DNA of 64,000 bases from Dehalococcoidia bacterium (GTDB lineage Bacteria; Chloroflexota; Dehalococcoidia; Lucifugimonadales; CATQGZ01). This document shows positions 1-9,320 of the stretch, piece by piece. The notes under the pieces are model-generated. The model saw only the letters and a list, made by a program, of their open reading frames with translations. It had not been told where the DNA came from and did not search any database. The stretch's first letter is position 1. Each line of letters opens with the position of its first letter. The DNA lies in contig CBDCXW010000001.1 in assembly GCA_965223945.1 (NCBI GenBank), forward strand, positions 320,207 to 384,206, in the 5' to 3' direction. A program made the position numbers and the translations under genes.

Positions 1-215
1 ATGCGGGGACTGACTCCGTCACCCTCACCTCAGCCCTCCCGTCGAGGGAGAGGCGGGAAGAGATACCGCGTCGAATGCGGGGACTGACTCCGTCACCCCC
101 ACCCCAGCCCTCTCCCGTCGAGGGAGAGGGGGGAAGAGATACCGCGTGGAGCGCGGGGACTGACTCCGTCACCCTCACCCCAGCCCTCTACCGTCAAGGG
201 AGAGGGGGCAAGAGG
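1..215. repeat. Tandem array of three ~75-bp units (starting ~1, 75, 151). Each carries a hairpin of the type CCCTCTCCC-GTCGA-GGGAGAGGG. The array abuts the stop codon of the permease gene at 216.
   Basis: Direct reading: the three units align with only a few mismatches. ORFs 75..413(+), 175..738(-) and 194..394(-) are translations of the repeat. Confidence 0.85.
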
Positions 216-1112
216 TCAGGCGCGGCGTTGCCTCGGGTCGAGGGCTTCGCGCAGGCCGTCGCCGATAAAGTTGAAGGCGATAACTGTGACGAATATGGCG
301 AGGCCGGGGAAGGTGGTAACCCACCAGGCGCGGCTGATGTACTCGCGGCCCTCGCCCAGCATGGAGCCCCACGCGGGAGTGGGGGGCTGCACACCCAAGC
401 CGAGGAAGCTTAGCCCCGCCTCGACGAGGATAGCGACGCTCATTGCCAGGGAGAGCTGGACGATCACGGTCGACATCAGGTTCGGTATAACCGCTCTGAT
501 CATGATGCGCCAGTCGGTCGCTCCGACGGCCTGAGCGCTCATGACGTACTCCGTCTCTCGGATGGCAAGCGTGTTGGCGCGCGTGAGCCTGGCGAATCCG
601 GGGACGAAGGTCACGGAGATCGCGAGCATCGCGTTCCTGATCGATGGGCCGAGAACCCCGACCAGGAATATGGCGAAGAGCAGGCCGGGGAAGGCGAGGA
701 TGGCGTCGACGATGCGCATGATTACCGAGTCCACCCATCTGCCATAGTAGCCGGCGGCGACTCCGCCAAGAATGCCGACCACGGCGGCGATGAGCACCGC
801 GAAGATGCCGACCTGAAGAGAGACCCTTGCTCCGTAGATCACGCGGGTGAGTATGTCGCGTCCGATGTTGTCCGTGCCGAACAGGTACTGCAGGGAGGGA
901 GGCGAGAGCGCGTCATCCGTATTAGGGAAGGTGGGGTCGTAGGGGGCGTACAGGGGCGCCAGGATGGTCAGTACCGTGAAGCTGATGACGATGCCCAGGC
1001 CGAACACCGCCGTCCGGTTGCGCCTGTAGCTCCGCCAGATCTGCAGCCACCTGTACCACCAGGGCCTGCCCTCTCCGAGCGCGACCGGATCCCTCCGCGC
1101 GGTGTCGATCAT
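216..1112 (-). CDS. ABC transporter permease, DppC/OppC type (peptide/nickel family)
   Basis: 298 aa and multi-TM. N-terminal LFGTDNIGRDILTRVIYGAR and C-terminal FNFIGDGLREALDPR are typical of DppC/OppC permeases. The start overlaps the upstream permease stop (ATGA at 1109-1112). Confidence 0.9.
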   Translation of the reverse strand: MIDTARRDPVALGEGRPWWYRWLQIWRSYRRNRTAVFGLGIVISFTVLTILAPLYAPYDPTFPNTDDALSPPSLQYLFGTDNIGRDILTRVIYGARVSLQVGIFAVLIAAVVGILGGVAAGYYGRWVDSVIMRIVDAILAFPGLLFAIFLVGVLGPSIRNAMLAISVTFVPGFARLTRANTLAIRETEYVMSAQAVGATDWRIMIRAVIPNLMSTVIVQLSLAMSVAILVEAGLSFLGLGVQPPTPAWGSMLGEGREYISRAWWVTTFPGLAIFVTVIAFNFIGDGLREALDPRQRRA

Positions 1113-2068
1113 TCGTAGCGTATCCGGGGATCGAGGTAGCCGTACGTGATGTCGACGGCCAAGTTAACCAGGACATAAACTGTGGCGATGACCAGCGTGA
1201 GTACCTGAAGGACATTGTAGTCGCGGAGCGCGACGGCGTTTCTGAGCATCAGACCCAGACCCGGCCACTGGAAGACCGTCTCGGTCACGATGGAGCCACC
1301 CAGGACGCCCGCGAACTCCAGGCCGATAATGGTGACGACGACGAGCAGCGCGTTCTTGAAGGCGTGTCTGAGGATGACCACGCGGTTGTCCATGCCCTTG
1401 GCTCGGGCTGTCCGTATGTAGTCGCTGGTCATGACGTCGAGCATGCCCGAGCGCATGTACCTGGTCAGGCTCCCGACGAGGCCGATGGCTATGGTGAAGC
1501 CCGGCAGGACGAGGTGTTTGATGTTGATGGAGTCATACCCGATCGGCGCGTACCCCCGGGTGGGGAACCAGCCGAGCCATACGGCGAAGAACAAGATCAG
1601 CAGCAGGCCGACCCAGAAGCTGGGCGCGGCGATGCCGAACAGCGACATGGCGCTTATGCCATTGTCCATCCACGTGAACGGACGTGTGCCCGCGATCACC
1701 CCCAGCGTGACGCCCAGAGAGACTCCTATGATGACGCCGGTCAGCGCGAGCGGAAGGCTCTTCTGGAACTTCTGCCAGACGAGGGGACCGACCGGCTTCT
1801 GGGACTGCATGGCGACTCCCAAGTCGCGTTTTATCAAAGTCGAGTACATCCAGCGGTAGTACTGGACCGGGATGGGCTTGTCGAGTCCAAGCTCCGCGCG
1901 CAGGGCGTCGATGGTGGCCTGGCTCGGATAGTCGCTCTTGAAACCGTACCCCAGCCGCGCTAGCACAGGGTCTCCCGGCGCCAGGCGGGCCAGCCAGAAG
2001 ACCACGACGGACAGGACGAGCAGAACGTAGACGGTCTGCAGGAGTCTGCGGAGGATGTAAGCCTGAAT
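1109..2068 (-). CDS. ABC transporter permease, DppB/OppB type. The start is probably upstream of the track's GTG at 2005.
   Basis: C-terminal NLAVDITYGYLDPRIRYE is typical of DppB/OppB. The in-frame upstream sequence reads IQAYILRRLLQTVYVLLVLSVV, which aligns with MKKYIGRRLLLAVPTVFGVTVI of the paralogue at 14806. There is no ATG/GTG/TTG in that stretch. An ATT at 2068 lies 7 nt after GGAGGA. Confidence 0.8.
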   Translation of the reverse strand: MQAYILRRLLQTVYVLLVLSVVVFWLARLAPGDPVLARLGYGFKSDYPSQATIDALRAELGLDKPIPVQYYRWMYSTLIKRDLGVAMQSQKPVGPLVWQKFQKSLPLALTGVIIGVSLGVTLGVIAGTRPFTWMDNGISAMSLFGIAAPSFWVGLLLILFFAVWLGWFPTRGYAPIGYDSINIKHLVLPGFTIAIGLVGSLTRYMRSGMLDVMTSDYIRTARAKGMDNRVVILRHAFKNALLVVVTIIGLEFAGVLGGSIVTETVFQWPGLGLMLRNAVALRDYNVLQVLTLVIATVYVLVNLAVDITYGYLDPRIRYE

Positions 2069-2143
2069 GGGGTAGTCCTCCGTCCCGTACCTTCCGGTGA
2101 AGATACCCGGTTTTCTCCCAGTCAGGGAGGTGTGAGAACGGCT

Positions 2144-2181
2144 ATTCCCCCGCCGCCATTTCGTTCAGGCGGCGGGGGAAT
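2144..2181 (-). promoter_or_regulatory. Intercistronic stem-loop between the SBP gene and the permease genes
   Basis: Perfect 14-bp inverted repeat ATTCCCCCGCCGCC / GGCGGCGGGGGAAT with a 10-nt loop. No U-tract follows on the minus strand. Confidence 0.6.
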
Positions 2182-2214
2182 ATGCCGGTTGCTCAACTCG
2201 ACTGAGCGGAACGG

Positions 2215-3828
2215 TTACTCGTCGTCGCCCGGATTCCAGGTCCAGTCCAGGGTATGCCAGTGGCCCGCGGGGAGGTTTGTGGCCCCCTCGACCTTGTCGC
2301 TAGCGGCGTTGAAGCGCAGCCGCGAGCTCGACTTGATCAGTGCAAGGTCGTCGATGAGGACCTTCTGGACGATCTTGTTGTAGATGGCCTTTCGAGTGGC
2401 CTGATCGGAGGTGGACTTGCCCTCGTCGAACCAAGCCTCCACCTGCGGGTCGTGGTACCCCATGACGTTGTTACCGCCCCACGAAGGCGGATCGCCACTG
2501 GGATTGGAGCGGAAGACGCTCTGCATGAGGCCATCGGGATCGGGCTCTCTGAGGTACGAGGCGGTGGCGAGGTCGAAGAAGCCATCCTGCCAGACTTCCT
2601 TGCCCCAGGACTCGACGATGACGATCTCGACATCGATGCCAATGTCCTTCAGCTGCTCCTTAGTGAGGTTAGCGACGGCCTTAGTCTCATCGCTGCCTTC
2701 GGGCATGAACCTCACCTTGAAGCCGTCGGCGTAGCCCGCCTCGGCCAGCAACGCCTTGGCCTTTTCGATGTCACGCTTCGGGCAGTCGAGCTCCTCGTAG
2801 GCCCAGTGGCCCTCGGGGACGATGTTGCAGTTGGTATCGCCGTAGCCGAAGAAGGCGGTCTTGTTGATGGCATCGAGGTCCAGCGCGTGGGCGATGGCCC
2901 TGCGCACACGCACGTCCGCCATCGGTCCGGTCTTCTCGGAGTCGGCCACGAAGTCGTGGCGCGTATGCGGCTGGTGCAGGTTGAACACGATGGTCGAGTA
3001 GGACGCAGAGCCCGCCTGCTGCTTCACGACGTAGACGCCCGGCGCATCCTCGATCTCCTGAGCGTTATTGAGGCCCAGGTGGAAGATGAAGTCCACCTCG
3101 CCGGTCTTGAGGGCCGCGATCCGCGTCGTGGCCTCAGTGATCGGGCTCATGATGATCCGGTCTGGGCGGATGTCCAGCAGATCCTGGTCATAGTAGTCGA
3201 CGTACTTGGCCATGGTCAAGCGGTCGTCGGGGACGTAGTCCACAAACGTGTAAGGCCCGGTGCCGACGACCTCGGTTTCGATGGTACTGAATCCCTCTTT
3301 GTCGGCTACGCCAAACGCCCAGTGGGTCTGGTTGGGGAGGAAGACCGGGCTGTCTCCCTTGATCGTGACAGTCCACTCGTAGTCGCCGGTGGCCTCGTAG
3401 CCATTGTCTTCGACCTCACTGAGGAGGCCCAGGCCGCGGCCCTTGTCGCCTACGTCGTTGAGTATCCGGTCCCAGTTAGCCGTCAAATCCGCGGAGTCGA
3501 ACTTGCGCCCGGTGTGGAACTCGACATCTTCGCGCAGGGTGAATGTGTACTTCGTGCCGCCCGACTCCACCGTCCAGCTTTCGGCCAAGTCGGCTTGGGG
3601 GTCGGCCAGGGTGACGTCTCGGGCTACCAGACGGCTGTGCACGAGGTCGTGCAGGGTCGTGTCCGAGAACCCAAGTTGGTTCTTGGCGGGATCAAGAGTA
3701 CCGGGGTTCCCGTTGGTCCCGATTCTCATGTCTCCCAGCGCGGGCGCGTCTTCACCGCATGCGGCTACGACGAGCAACGGTACAATCAGGAGCGGTATTA
3801 GCCAGATTCTCGATGGTTTCAAACTCAC
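2215..3828 (-). CDS. ABC transporter substrate-binding lipoprotein, family 5 (DppA/OppA-like)
   Basis: 537 aa with signal peptide and lipobox LLVVAAC. The length and overall pattern match peptide/nickel SBPs, and it sits directly upstream of two Dpp-type permeases. The exact start is uncertain (GTG 3828 or TTG 3822). Confidence 0.85.
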   Translation of the reverse strand: MSLKPSRIWLIPLLIVPLLVVAACGEDAPALGDMRIGTNGNPGTLDPAKNQLGFSDTTLHDLVHSRLVARDVTLADPQADLAESWTVESGGTKYTFTLREDVEFHTGRKFDSADLTANWDRILNDVGDKGRGLGLLSEVEDNGYEATGDYEWTVTIKGDSPVFLPNQTHWAFGVADKEGFSTIETEVVGTGPYTFVDYVPDDRLTMAKYVDYYDQDLLDIRPDRIIMSPITEATTRIAALKTGEVDFIFHLGLNNAQEIEDAPGVYVVKQQAGSASYSTIVFNLHQPHTRHDFVADSEKTGPMADVRVRRAIAHALDLDAINKTAFFGYGDTNCNIVPEGHWAYEELDCPKRDIEKAKALLAEAGYADGFKVRFMPEGSDETKAVANLTKEQLKDIGIDVEIVIVESWGKEVWQDGFFDLATASYLREPDPDGLMQSVFRSNPSGDPPSWGGNNVMGYHDPQVEAWFDEGKSTSDQATRKAIYNKIVQKVLIDDLALIKSSSRLRFNAASDKVEGATNLPAGHWHTLDWTWNPGDDE

Positions 3829-3960
3829 ACCTCCAGAAACTACGGTCTACTACTCTTACGGACGCGCGGTAATCTAGCACGGTCGTGTTCCAGTGTCAAA
3901 CCAGAGAGCCTCTCGATTTCACGAAATGCCCAACCTGAATCAAGACGGACCAGGCTCCGT

Positions 3961-4437
3961 CTACTGGCAGGGATGTACCTCTCCCGACCACTCGCCCGCC
4001 TGGGGGGCCGACGACACTATCCTGGCGGAGGTGAGATTCCCGAAGTTATGCAGCGGCCGCCTCTCGTGGACCTGCTCGCCGGTCACACCCGACGGAGCGG
4101 AGCCGCCGAGATCATCGAACGCGAAATCCGAGGCAACGGTGAAGGGCTGGGCAGCCTGGACGCTCTCGGGCGGAAACGACTCAACTTCGTGGGTGTATTC
4201 GAGGTCACCCTTGACAACCGTGATGCCCGCGCTCTTCCAGTCGAAGTCGTCCAGGTTGCGAACGAACAGCACGGTACCTCGAGCTTCTCCTTCGGTGCAG
4301 ACCTGGGCATCGAGGGCCAGCATTGGCTGCTCGTCGGCCGCTTCCTCGGAGCCGCAACCCGACAGCAACGCAAACGCCGCCAACACGGCTATCACGGCGG
4401 CGCTCAGGCGGTATCCGTATGTAGTCCTGCTATGCAC
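3961..4437 (-). CDS. Hypothetical lipoprotein
   Basis: 158 aa. The N-terminal signal carries lipobox ALLSGC. The rest has no recognisable domain. Confidence 0.55.
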   Translation of the reverse strand: MHSRTTYGYRLSAAVIAVLAAFALLSGCGSEEAADEQPMLALDAQVCTEGEARGTVLFVRNLDDFDWKSAGITVVKGDLEYTHEVESFPPESVQAAQPFTVASDFAFDDLGGSAPSGVTGEQVHERRPLHNFGNLTSARIVSSAPQAGEWSGEVHPCQ

Positions 4438-4495
4438 GCTCCCTATCCTAACGCATCGAGATTCGTCCGAGGGCGCGCCGCCACAGTCAGATCAC

Positions 4496-6574
4496 CTAAC
4501 GCTCAGGCTCCTCTATCAGCAGGACCTGATCGACCGAAATATCGTGGAGCACCTGCTTTCTACCACTGGGCCACAGGATGGTTATCTCCTCGACCTCGGT
4601 AGCTCTCCCAACGCCGAACTCGAGGTCCACGCTGTCCATGGACAGGTAGCTGGAGCCGGCGCGGACCTCCTGTATCTGGACTCTGAGCACGCCGGGTCTG
4701 GGTAGGGTCTCCACAAGCACGCGCGCGCCTACGCCGTCCGCGTTGCTTCCGGTGCCGTCGACAGCCATGCGGCCTTTGAGGCGCAGTTTGATCCAGTGAT
4801 TGTCTCCGCCGCCGTTCAGCCACACGAACACCGGCCCGGGGGCTACCTCCTCGTACCCTTCGATGACGGTGATCGGCCCGCTGCTGTTGGTGCCCACAAG
4901 GTCGACATACCCGTCGCCGTTCAGGTCTCCGTGGGCCAGTCCCTTGCCGTTCTCGTGGAATTGCGTGGCGATCCGCCGCGCCTCGGCGTCGAAATCGGGG
5001 CTGGGGCTCAGGGAAGAGTAGTCGACCTTCAGGATATCGAGCAGGCGGGCCCGGACGGTGACATCCTCGAAAGAGCCGGCGCCGTCTCCTCGCAGCATCC
5101 TGCCTGCGCCCTGGAAGATATGGCCTCGCAACGATTCGCCCCGGCCGAGCGTAGAGCCGAGCCAGTACAGGTCCTGGTCCCCGTCGTTGTCGGCGTCGAA
5201 GAAGGTTGCCCCGAAGCCGAAGTCGTACGCGGCAAGGCCGGTGGGGACATCCCATGAGGAGTCCAGGGTGTCGGGATCAAGAGATGTGGGCGGCATGAAT
5301 GGGCTGGGCGCTACCTCCGTCACAGAGGCGACGTTCTCGAATGTCCCAACAGGGCCGACGCCGGGCACATCCTGTAGTACGCCACCGTTGCGAAGCAGGA
5401 GGTGAAGGCACGTACCCCAAGGGAAAGCGTCGTGGTACCCGCAGGAGCCTCCGGGCCTCTCCTGGCGAGGCCAGCGGCGCAGGTGGTGTCCGACGTTCGC
5501 GACGAAGACGTCGATGTCTCCATCTTCATCGTAGTCAGCCACGGCAAAGCCCATCCAGGAGCCGACCTTATCGATCCCCATGGCGCCGGCGACTGGCGTG
5601 AACCTTATGTCGCCGGGCGACGAGTCGTTGCGGTAGACGTGAAGCCGGTCGCCGTCGTTGGCGACCCAGAGGTCCGGGTCTCCATCTTCGTCGTAGTCGA
5701 AGAAGAGGACGGAGTGGGTCTGGCCCGTGGGCTCGCCCACGCGGTTGCCCATGCTGTCCCTGTACGTCGGGTCGTACCCCTGGTACTTCTCGCCCGTGTC
5801 AGGGTCTTCAAAGAGGACCGGTTCACCGTCGGGGTCCAGCATCAGTATCTGGGGGCCGCGTACGCCCGCACGTTCGGAGACATCCGTGAATGTGAGGTCT
5901 CCGTTGTTCCGGTAGAGCACGTTGTAGTGGCCGGGGTGGTTCGGGGTCGTGAACACGCGAAAGTCCTCGGCGCCCAGGTTGCCCACGTAGATGTCCAGCC
6001 ACCCGTCGCCGTCCACGTCGGCGCACGCGGCGCTGGCGGCCGAGCGGACGTTTACGGCCTCGCCGAATGCCGAGTCCGTGATGTCCTCGAACGTCCCGTC
6101 GCCCTTGTTGCGAAACAGCCTGTCGGCGTTTCCCTGAACGTCGCTCGGAGAGCGGAAGTCGAGGCCATCCTCGGGATTGCCCCACGAACCCACATAGAGG
6201 TCCTGAAAGCCGTCGTTGTCAAAGTCGCAGGCGACCGCCCCGGTGCTGTGGTACTCCCTCGCCTCTACCCCAGCCTCCTCGGCAACGTCGGTGAAAACGC
6301 CGTCGTCGCCGTTTTGGTAGAGGCGGTTCTCATACGCCCCCTGCTGGGTAACGTACATGTCCATGTCGCCGTCGCGGTCATAGTCGAAGATGACGACGCC
6401 GGGACGATCGTTCCAGACCTGGAAGATTCTCGGCGGGTAGGGATCGAGTCGGGCGATGTCGGTGAACGGGGTAACGGGGGCCTGTCCGCTCGCATCGGGC
6501 GTCGGCGTTGCGTCTTCGTCGCCGCAGGCCACTGCCATCGACGCGAGGAGCGCAAGCAGGAAGACGACCGGCAT
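4496..6574 (-). CDS. FG-GAP/VCBS-repeat protein with C-terminal ASPIC/UnbV-like domain (CRTAC1-family), lipoprotein
   Basis: Repeated Ca-binding-type motifs are present: FDYDRDGDMDMYV, DFDNDGFQDLYV, DVDGDGWLDIYV, FDYDEDGDPDLWV, ADYDEDGDIDVFV, FDADNDGDQDLYW, GDLNGDGYVDLV. The C-terminus reads GVGARVLVET...VRAGSSYLSMDS. The likely start is MPVVFLLALLASMAVAC at 6574; the track ORF extends to 6700. Confidence 0.8.
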   Translation of the reverse strand: MPVVFLLALLASMAVACGDEDATPTPDASGQAPVTPFTDIARLDPYPPRIFQVWNDRPGVVIFDYDRDGDMDMYVTQQGAYENRLYQNGDDGVFTDVAEEAGVEAREYHSTGAVACDFDNDGFQDLYVGSWGNPEDGLDFRSPSDVQGNADRLFRNKGDGTFEDITDSAFGEAVNVRSAASAACADVDGDGWLDIYVGNLGAEDFRVFTTPNHPGHYNVLYRNNGDLTFTDVSERAGVRGPQILMLDPDGEPVLFEDPDTGEKYQGYDPTYRDSMGNRVGEPTGQTHSVLFFDYDEDGDPDLWVANDGDRLHVYRNDSSPGDIRFTPVAGAMGIDKVGSWMGFAVADYDEDGDIDVFVANVGHHLRRWPRQERPGGSCGYHDAFPWGTCLHLLLRNGGVLQDVPGVGPVGTFENVASVTEVAPSPFMPPTSLDPDTLDSSWDVPTGLAAYDFGFGATFFDADNDGDQDLYWLGSTLGRGESLRGHIFQGAGRMLRGDGAGSFEDVTVRARLLDILKVDYSSLSPSPDFDAEARRIATQFHENGKGLAHGDLNGDGYVDLVGTNSSGPITVIEGYEEVAPGPVFVWLNGGGDNHWIKLRLKGRMAVDGTGSNADGVGARVLVETLPRPGVLRVQIQEVRAGSSYLSMDSVDLEFGVGRATEVEEITILWPSGRKQVLHDISVDQVLLIEEPER

Positions 6575-6689
6575 CCTCAATGGGGAGAGGGCGGGCCCTC
6601 CGACACCCCCCGTCCTGGTCTTTTCCCATCGTGGCAGGAAGCGTACCCAGCGTTGTCTCAGGGGCTCACCCTGCCGCACTGCGCCCTGC

Positions 6690-7823
6690 TCATGCCTCAT
6701 CTATGCCCATGAGCCGAGCCATGTTGCCGCCGAGTATCAGATCGATCTCGTCTCGGCTGAGGATATCCTCGCAGTACCGGCTGATGGCCTCATGGGACTG
6801 CCTGAATGTGTAGTGCCGGAGGTTCTGGGGTATGTCCGTGCCCCACATCAGGCGGTCCGCGCCTATCTGACGGGCCATCTGCTCGAGCACGGGCTTGGTC
6901 TGCGGAGCCGGGAAGTCGTAGTCGCCGCCAAGGGAGTTCACGAAGAGTATCTGTACGTTGTAGCTCGGGTTGTCGGCGGGTATGGCGTCCATGAGGGCCT
7001 GAGGCATCTCCACCTTGTCTTCCGTCATGAACTCGCGGAACGGCAGCCCGTGGGTGACGACCACCTTTACGTCGGGATACCTCTCCATCCAGCGCCGCAA
7101 GGTCTTCTGGTCCTCTATGAAGTTCTCAAGGCTGGACCCCGTGGTCACGGAAGCGTCCGAACCCGGGCTGGACGTGAAGAATACGGGAATACCGAGGTCG
7201 GCGACCGCGTCCCAGAACGGGAGAAACCTCTCCGAGTCCCCCGCCTCCGTCTGGCCGTGAGACCTTATGCCGCTGCAGAGCCACTGTATCCCGTGGAGGC
7301 CGAGCTCCTTGACCGCCCTCTCTATCTTGGCGACCGACTCGTCGGGCTGGCACTGGACCAGCCACTCCTCGACGTGGGCGAGCCCGTGGAGCCGGTCGGG
7401 GAACCGGCGAACGCAGTCGGCGACCCACTCGTTTCCTATGCCCAGGTAAGTGCTCCGGTGGACCATCCCCCATTCCACGTCGGCGTGGTCCATCTCGGCC
7501 ACGAGCTGCTCGGCGGTGTAGCCGTTGATGATGTTCGTCGGAGGCATGACCTGTCTGGTGTATGTCTCGCCGTCGACTTCCCACTCGTAGCGGCCGTACC
7601 CCGCCGGGCGAAAGTCGCAGTCCTTGAGCGCCGCGAAACCCGGGCCGGCGGAGGGGTCATACACGCCCGAGCCGTCGTCAGGCGCTCCGTCGCGAGCACG
7701 CCAGGCGGGCTGGAAGTTCACGCCCATCCCGTACTGGAGATGTCTCATGAACTCTTCCCGTGTCTCATATCCCATGCGCCCTCTCTGGTCGGGGACGCAG
7801 TAGACGTGTCCGTCGTAGATCAT
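6690..7823 (-). CDS. Metal-dependent TIM-barrel hydrolase, amidohydrolase-2 family (paralogue 1)
   Basis: 377 aa. It begins MIYDGHVYCVPDQRG and contains VVVTHG and LMWGTDIPQNLRHYTFRQS. It is a clear paralogue of the next gene. Confidence 0.7.
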   Translation of the reverse strand: MIYDGHVYCVPDQRGRMGYETREEFMRHLQYGMGVNFQPAWRARDGAPDDGSGVYDPSAGPGFAALKDCDFRPAGYGRYEWEVDGETYTRQVMPPTNIINGYTAEQLVAEMDHADVEWGMVHRSTYLGIGNEWVADCVRRFPDRLHGLAHVEEWLVQCQPDESVAKIERAVKELGLHGIQWLCSGIRSHGQTEAGDSERFLPFWDAVADLGIPVFFTSSPGSDASVTTGSSLENFIEDQKTLRRWMERYPDVKVVVTHGLPFREFMTEDKVEMPQALMDAIPADNPSYNVQILFVNSLGGDYDFPAPQTKPVLEQMARQIGADRLMWGTDIPQNLRHYTFRQSHEAISRYCEDILSRDEIDLILGGNMARLMGIDEA

Positions 7824-7876
7824 GACGGGCCTCCCTTATCTGTGAGACTGAATCAGCGACGCCTTCGGGTCCGGCG

Positions 7877-9064
7877 TCATGAGCCCTCGATGCCCATTAT
7901 TCGGGCCATGTTCCCGCCCAGAATCAGGGCCATCTCATCCGGCAGGTCGTGCGACTTCTCGTAGCGCGGCCGTGCGCGGCGCATGTCGCCGTGGCGTATC
8001 GGTGGAAGCTCCTGCGGGCCCAGGAAGTCCCAGTGCAGGCGGGTGAAGTCGAGGCTCTGGCGATATGTGTAGTGCCGAATGCACATCGGGAGATCGGTGC
8101 CCCATATCAGACGGTCGGCGCCGATTCTCCTCACCAGCATCTCGGCGGTTGGGCGGATCTGCGGCATCGGGTAGTCCCAATCCCGGCCAAAGAAGTTCGC
8201 GAACAGAATCTGGAGGTTCAGCCTGGGATTGTCCAAAGGCGCGGCCTTGAACACCTCGTCGGGGATGTCCAGCCCGTCGTCCGTCATGAACATGCGCCAC
8301 GAGAGGCCGTGGGTCAGGACGACCGTAACGTCCGGGTAGGCCTCCATCCAGCGGCCGAGGGTCCTCAGCTCTTCGAGGTACGACTCGTAACGCGGCTCCG
8401 GCCGGCCCGCCAGCGTAAAGAACACGGGCACGCCGAGCCGGGCGACCTCGTTCCAGAAGGGGCGGAAGCCCTCCGAGTCCCAGGGCTGGGTCTGCCCATA
8501 GAGATCGAGGTGATGGGGAAGCCACTGGAGTCCGTGAAGCTCCAGCTCGCCGATGGCTCGACGGAGGCGCCATATGGCCTCGTCGGGTTGGGTCTGGACG
8601 AGCCACTCCTCGACGTGCGCCAGTCCCTGAAGCCTGTCGGGGAAGCGCTTGACGCAGTCCGCGACGTAGTCGTTGCCGACCCCGAGGTAAGGGGTACGGT
8701 GGAGAAGGCCCATGTCCACGCCGGCGAAGTCCAACTGCGCCACGAGGCTCTCGGCGGAGAAGGACATGTCAAGAAGACCCGGCGGCATCATCTGCTTGTA
8801 GAAGGTCTCGCCATCGACTTCCCACTCGTAGCGGCCGTACCCGGCGGGGCGGAAGTTCACATCCTTCAGGGCGTCGAAGTTCCAGCCCATGGACAGGTCG
8901 GCCAGTGTGTTGCTATCGACCGGATCGCGCCCGCGGGCGCGAAAGGCCGGTTGAAAGTGATGCGCCGTCGCCAGCTGGAGATTCCGCATGAACTCGTCCC
9001 TGTCGGCCCAGCCGGCGTTTCCCCGCAGATCAGGGAAACAGTACACGTGTCCGTCGTAGATCAT
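7877..9064 (-). CDS. Metal-dependent TIM-barrel hydrolase, amidohydrolase-2 family (paralogue 2)
   Basis: 395 aa. It begins MIYDGHVYCFPDLRG and contains VVLTHG and LIWGTDLPMCIRHYTYRQS. It is collinear with 6690..7823 along the whole length. Confidence 0.7.
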   Translation of the reverse strand: MIYDGHVYCFPDLRGNAGWADRDEFMRNLQLATAHHFQPAFRARGRDPVDSNTLADLSMGWNFDALKDVNFRPAGYGRYEWEVDGETFYKQMMPPGLLDMSFSAESLVAQLDFAGVDMGLLHRTPYLGVGNDYVADCVKRFPDRLQGLAHVEEWLVQTQPDEAIWRLRRAIGELELHGLQWLPHHLDLYGQTQPWDSEGFRPFWNEVARLGVPVFFTLAGRPEPRYESYLEELRTLGRWMEAYPDVTVVLTHGLSWRMFMTDDGLDIPDEVFKAAPLDNPRLNLQILFANFFGRDWDYPMPQIRPTAEMLVRRIGADRLIWGTDLPMCIRHYTYRQSLDFTRLHWDFLGPQELPPIRHGDMRRARPRYEKSHDLPDEMALILGGNMARIMGIEGS

Positions 9065-9210
9065 CTCGGGCTCCTCACCGTCCTCTTCGTCAGGCGCTCA
9101 GGATTGCGCCATTCTAGTGGCGGCATAGTCGGGCGTCAATTCGTGGTGGTGGATCTGAGCAGGAACTGCAGGGGCTGAAGGCGAGGACGATTCCCCCTTA
9201 TCAACGAATT

Positions 9211-9235
9211 CTTAATAGGCGCGAAGCTTATTAAG
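9211..9235. promoter_or_regulatory. Palindrome CTTAATA-N11-TATTAAG in an AT-rich patch of the 256-bp gap upstream of the amidohydrolase pair
   Basis: Read directly. It sits between two minus-strand genes where a promoter/operator for 9064..6690 would be expected. Confidence 0.3.
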
Positions 9236-9320
9236 ACTTACGGGCCTAAATGCTAATAAGCCCCACGGAAGCGGTCAAGGACAGGAGCGCTCACGGGGAT
9301 GACTGGAGCCTTGTGCCCGA

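Noticed and set aside
1-413. The regular ~75-bp repeats could be a CRISPR array, and ORFs 75..413(+), 175..738(-) and 194..394(-) could be real genes.
   Set aside because: The units are contiguous, with no unique spacers between them, and are much longer than CRISPR repeats. The ORFs are just translations of the repeat, or the antisense of the permease gene, with low-complexity P/G/R-rich sequence.
2254-9178. Long plus-strand ORFs opposite the minus-strand genes: 2254..3801 (515 aa), 3893..4705, 5402..6712 (436 aa), 6456..7964 (502 aa) and 7949..9178 (409 aa).
   Set aside because: These are typical high-GC antisense shadow ORFs. Their sequences are Arg/Gly/Val/Asp-rich with no motifs, and each lies exactly opposite a gene with clear family signatures.
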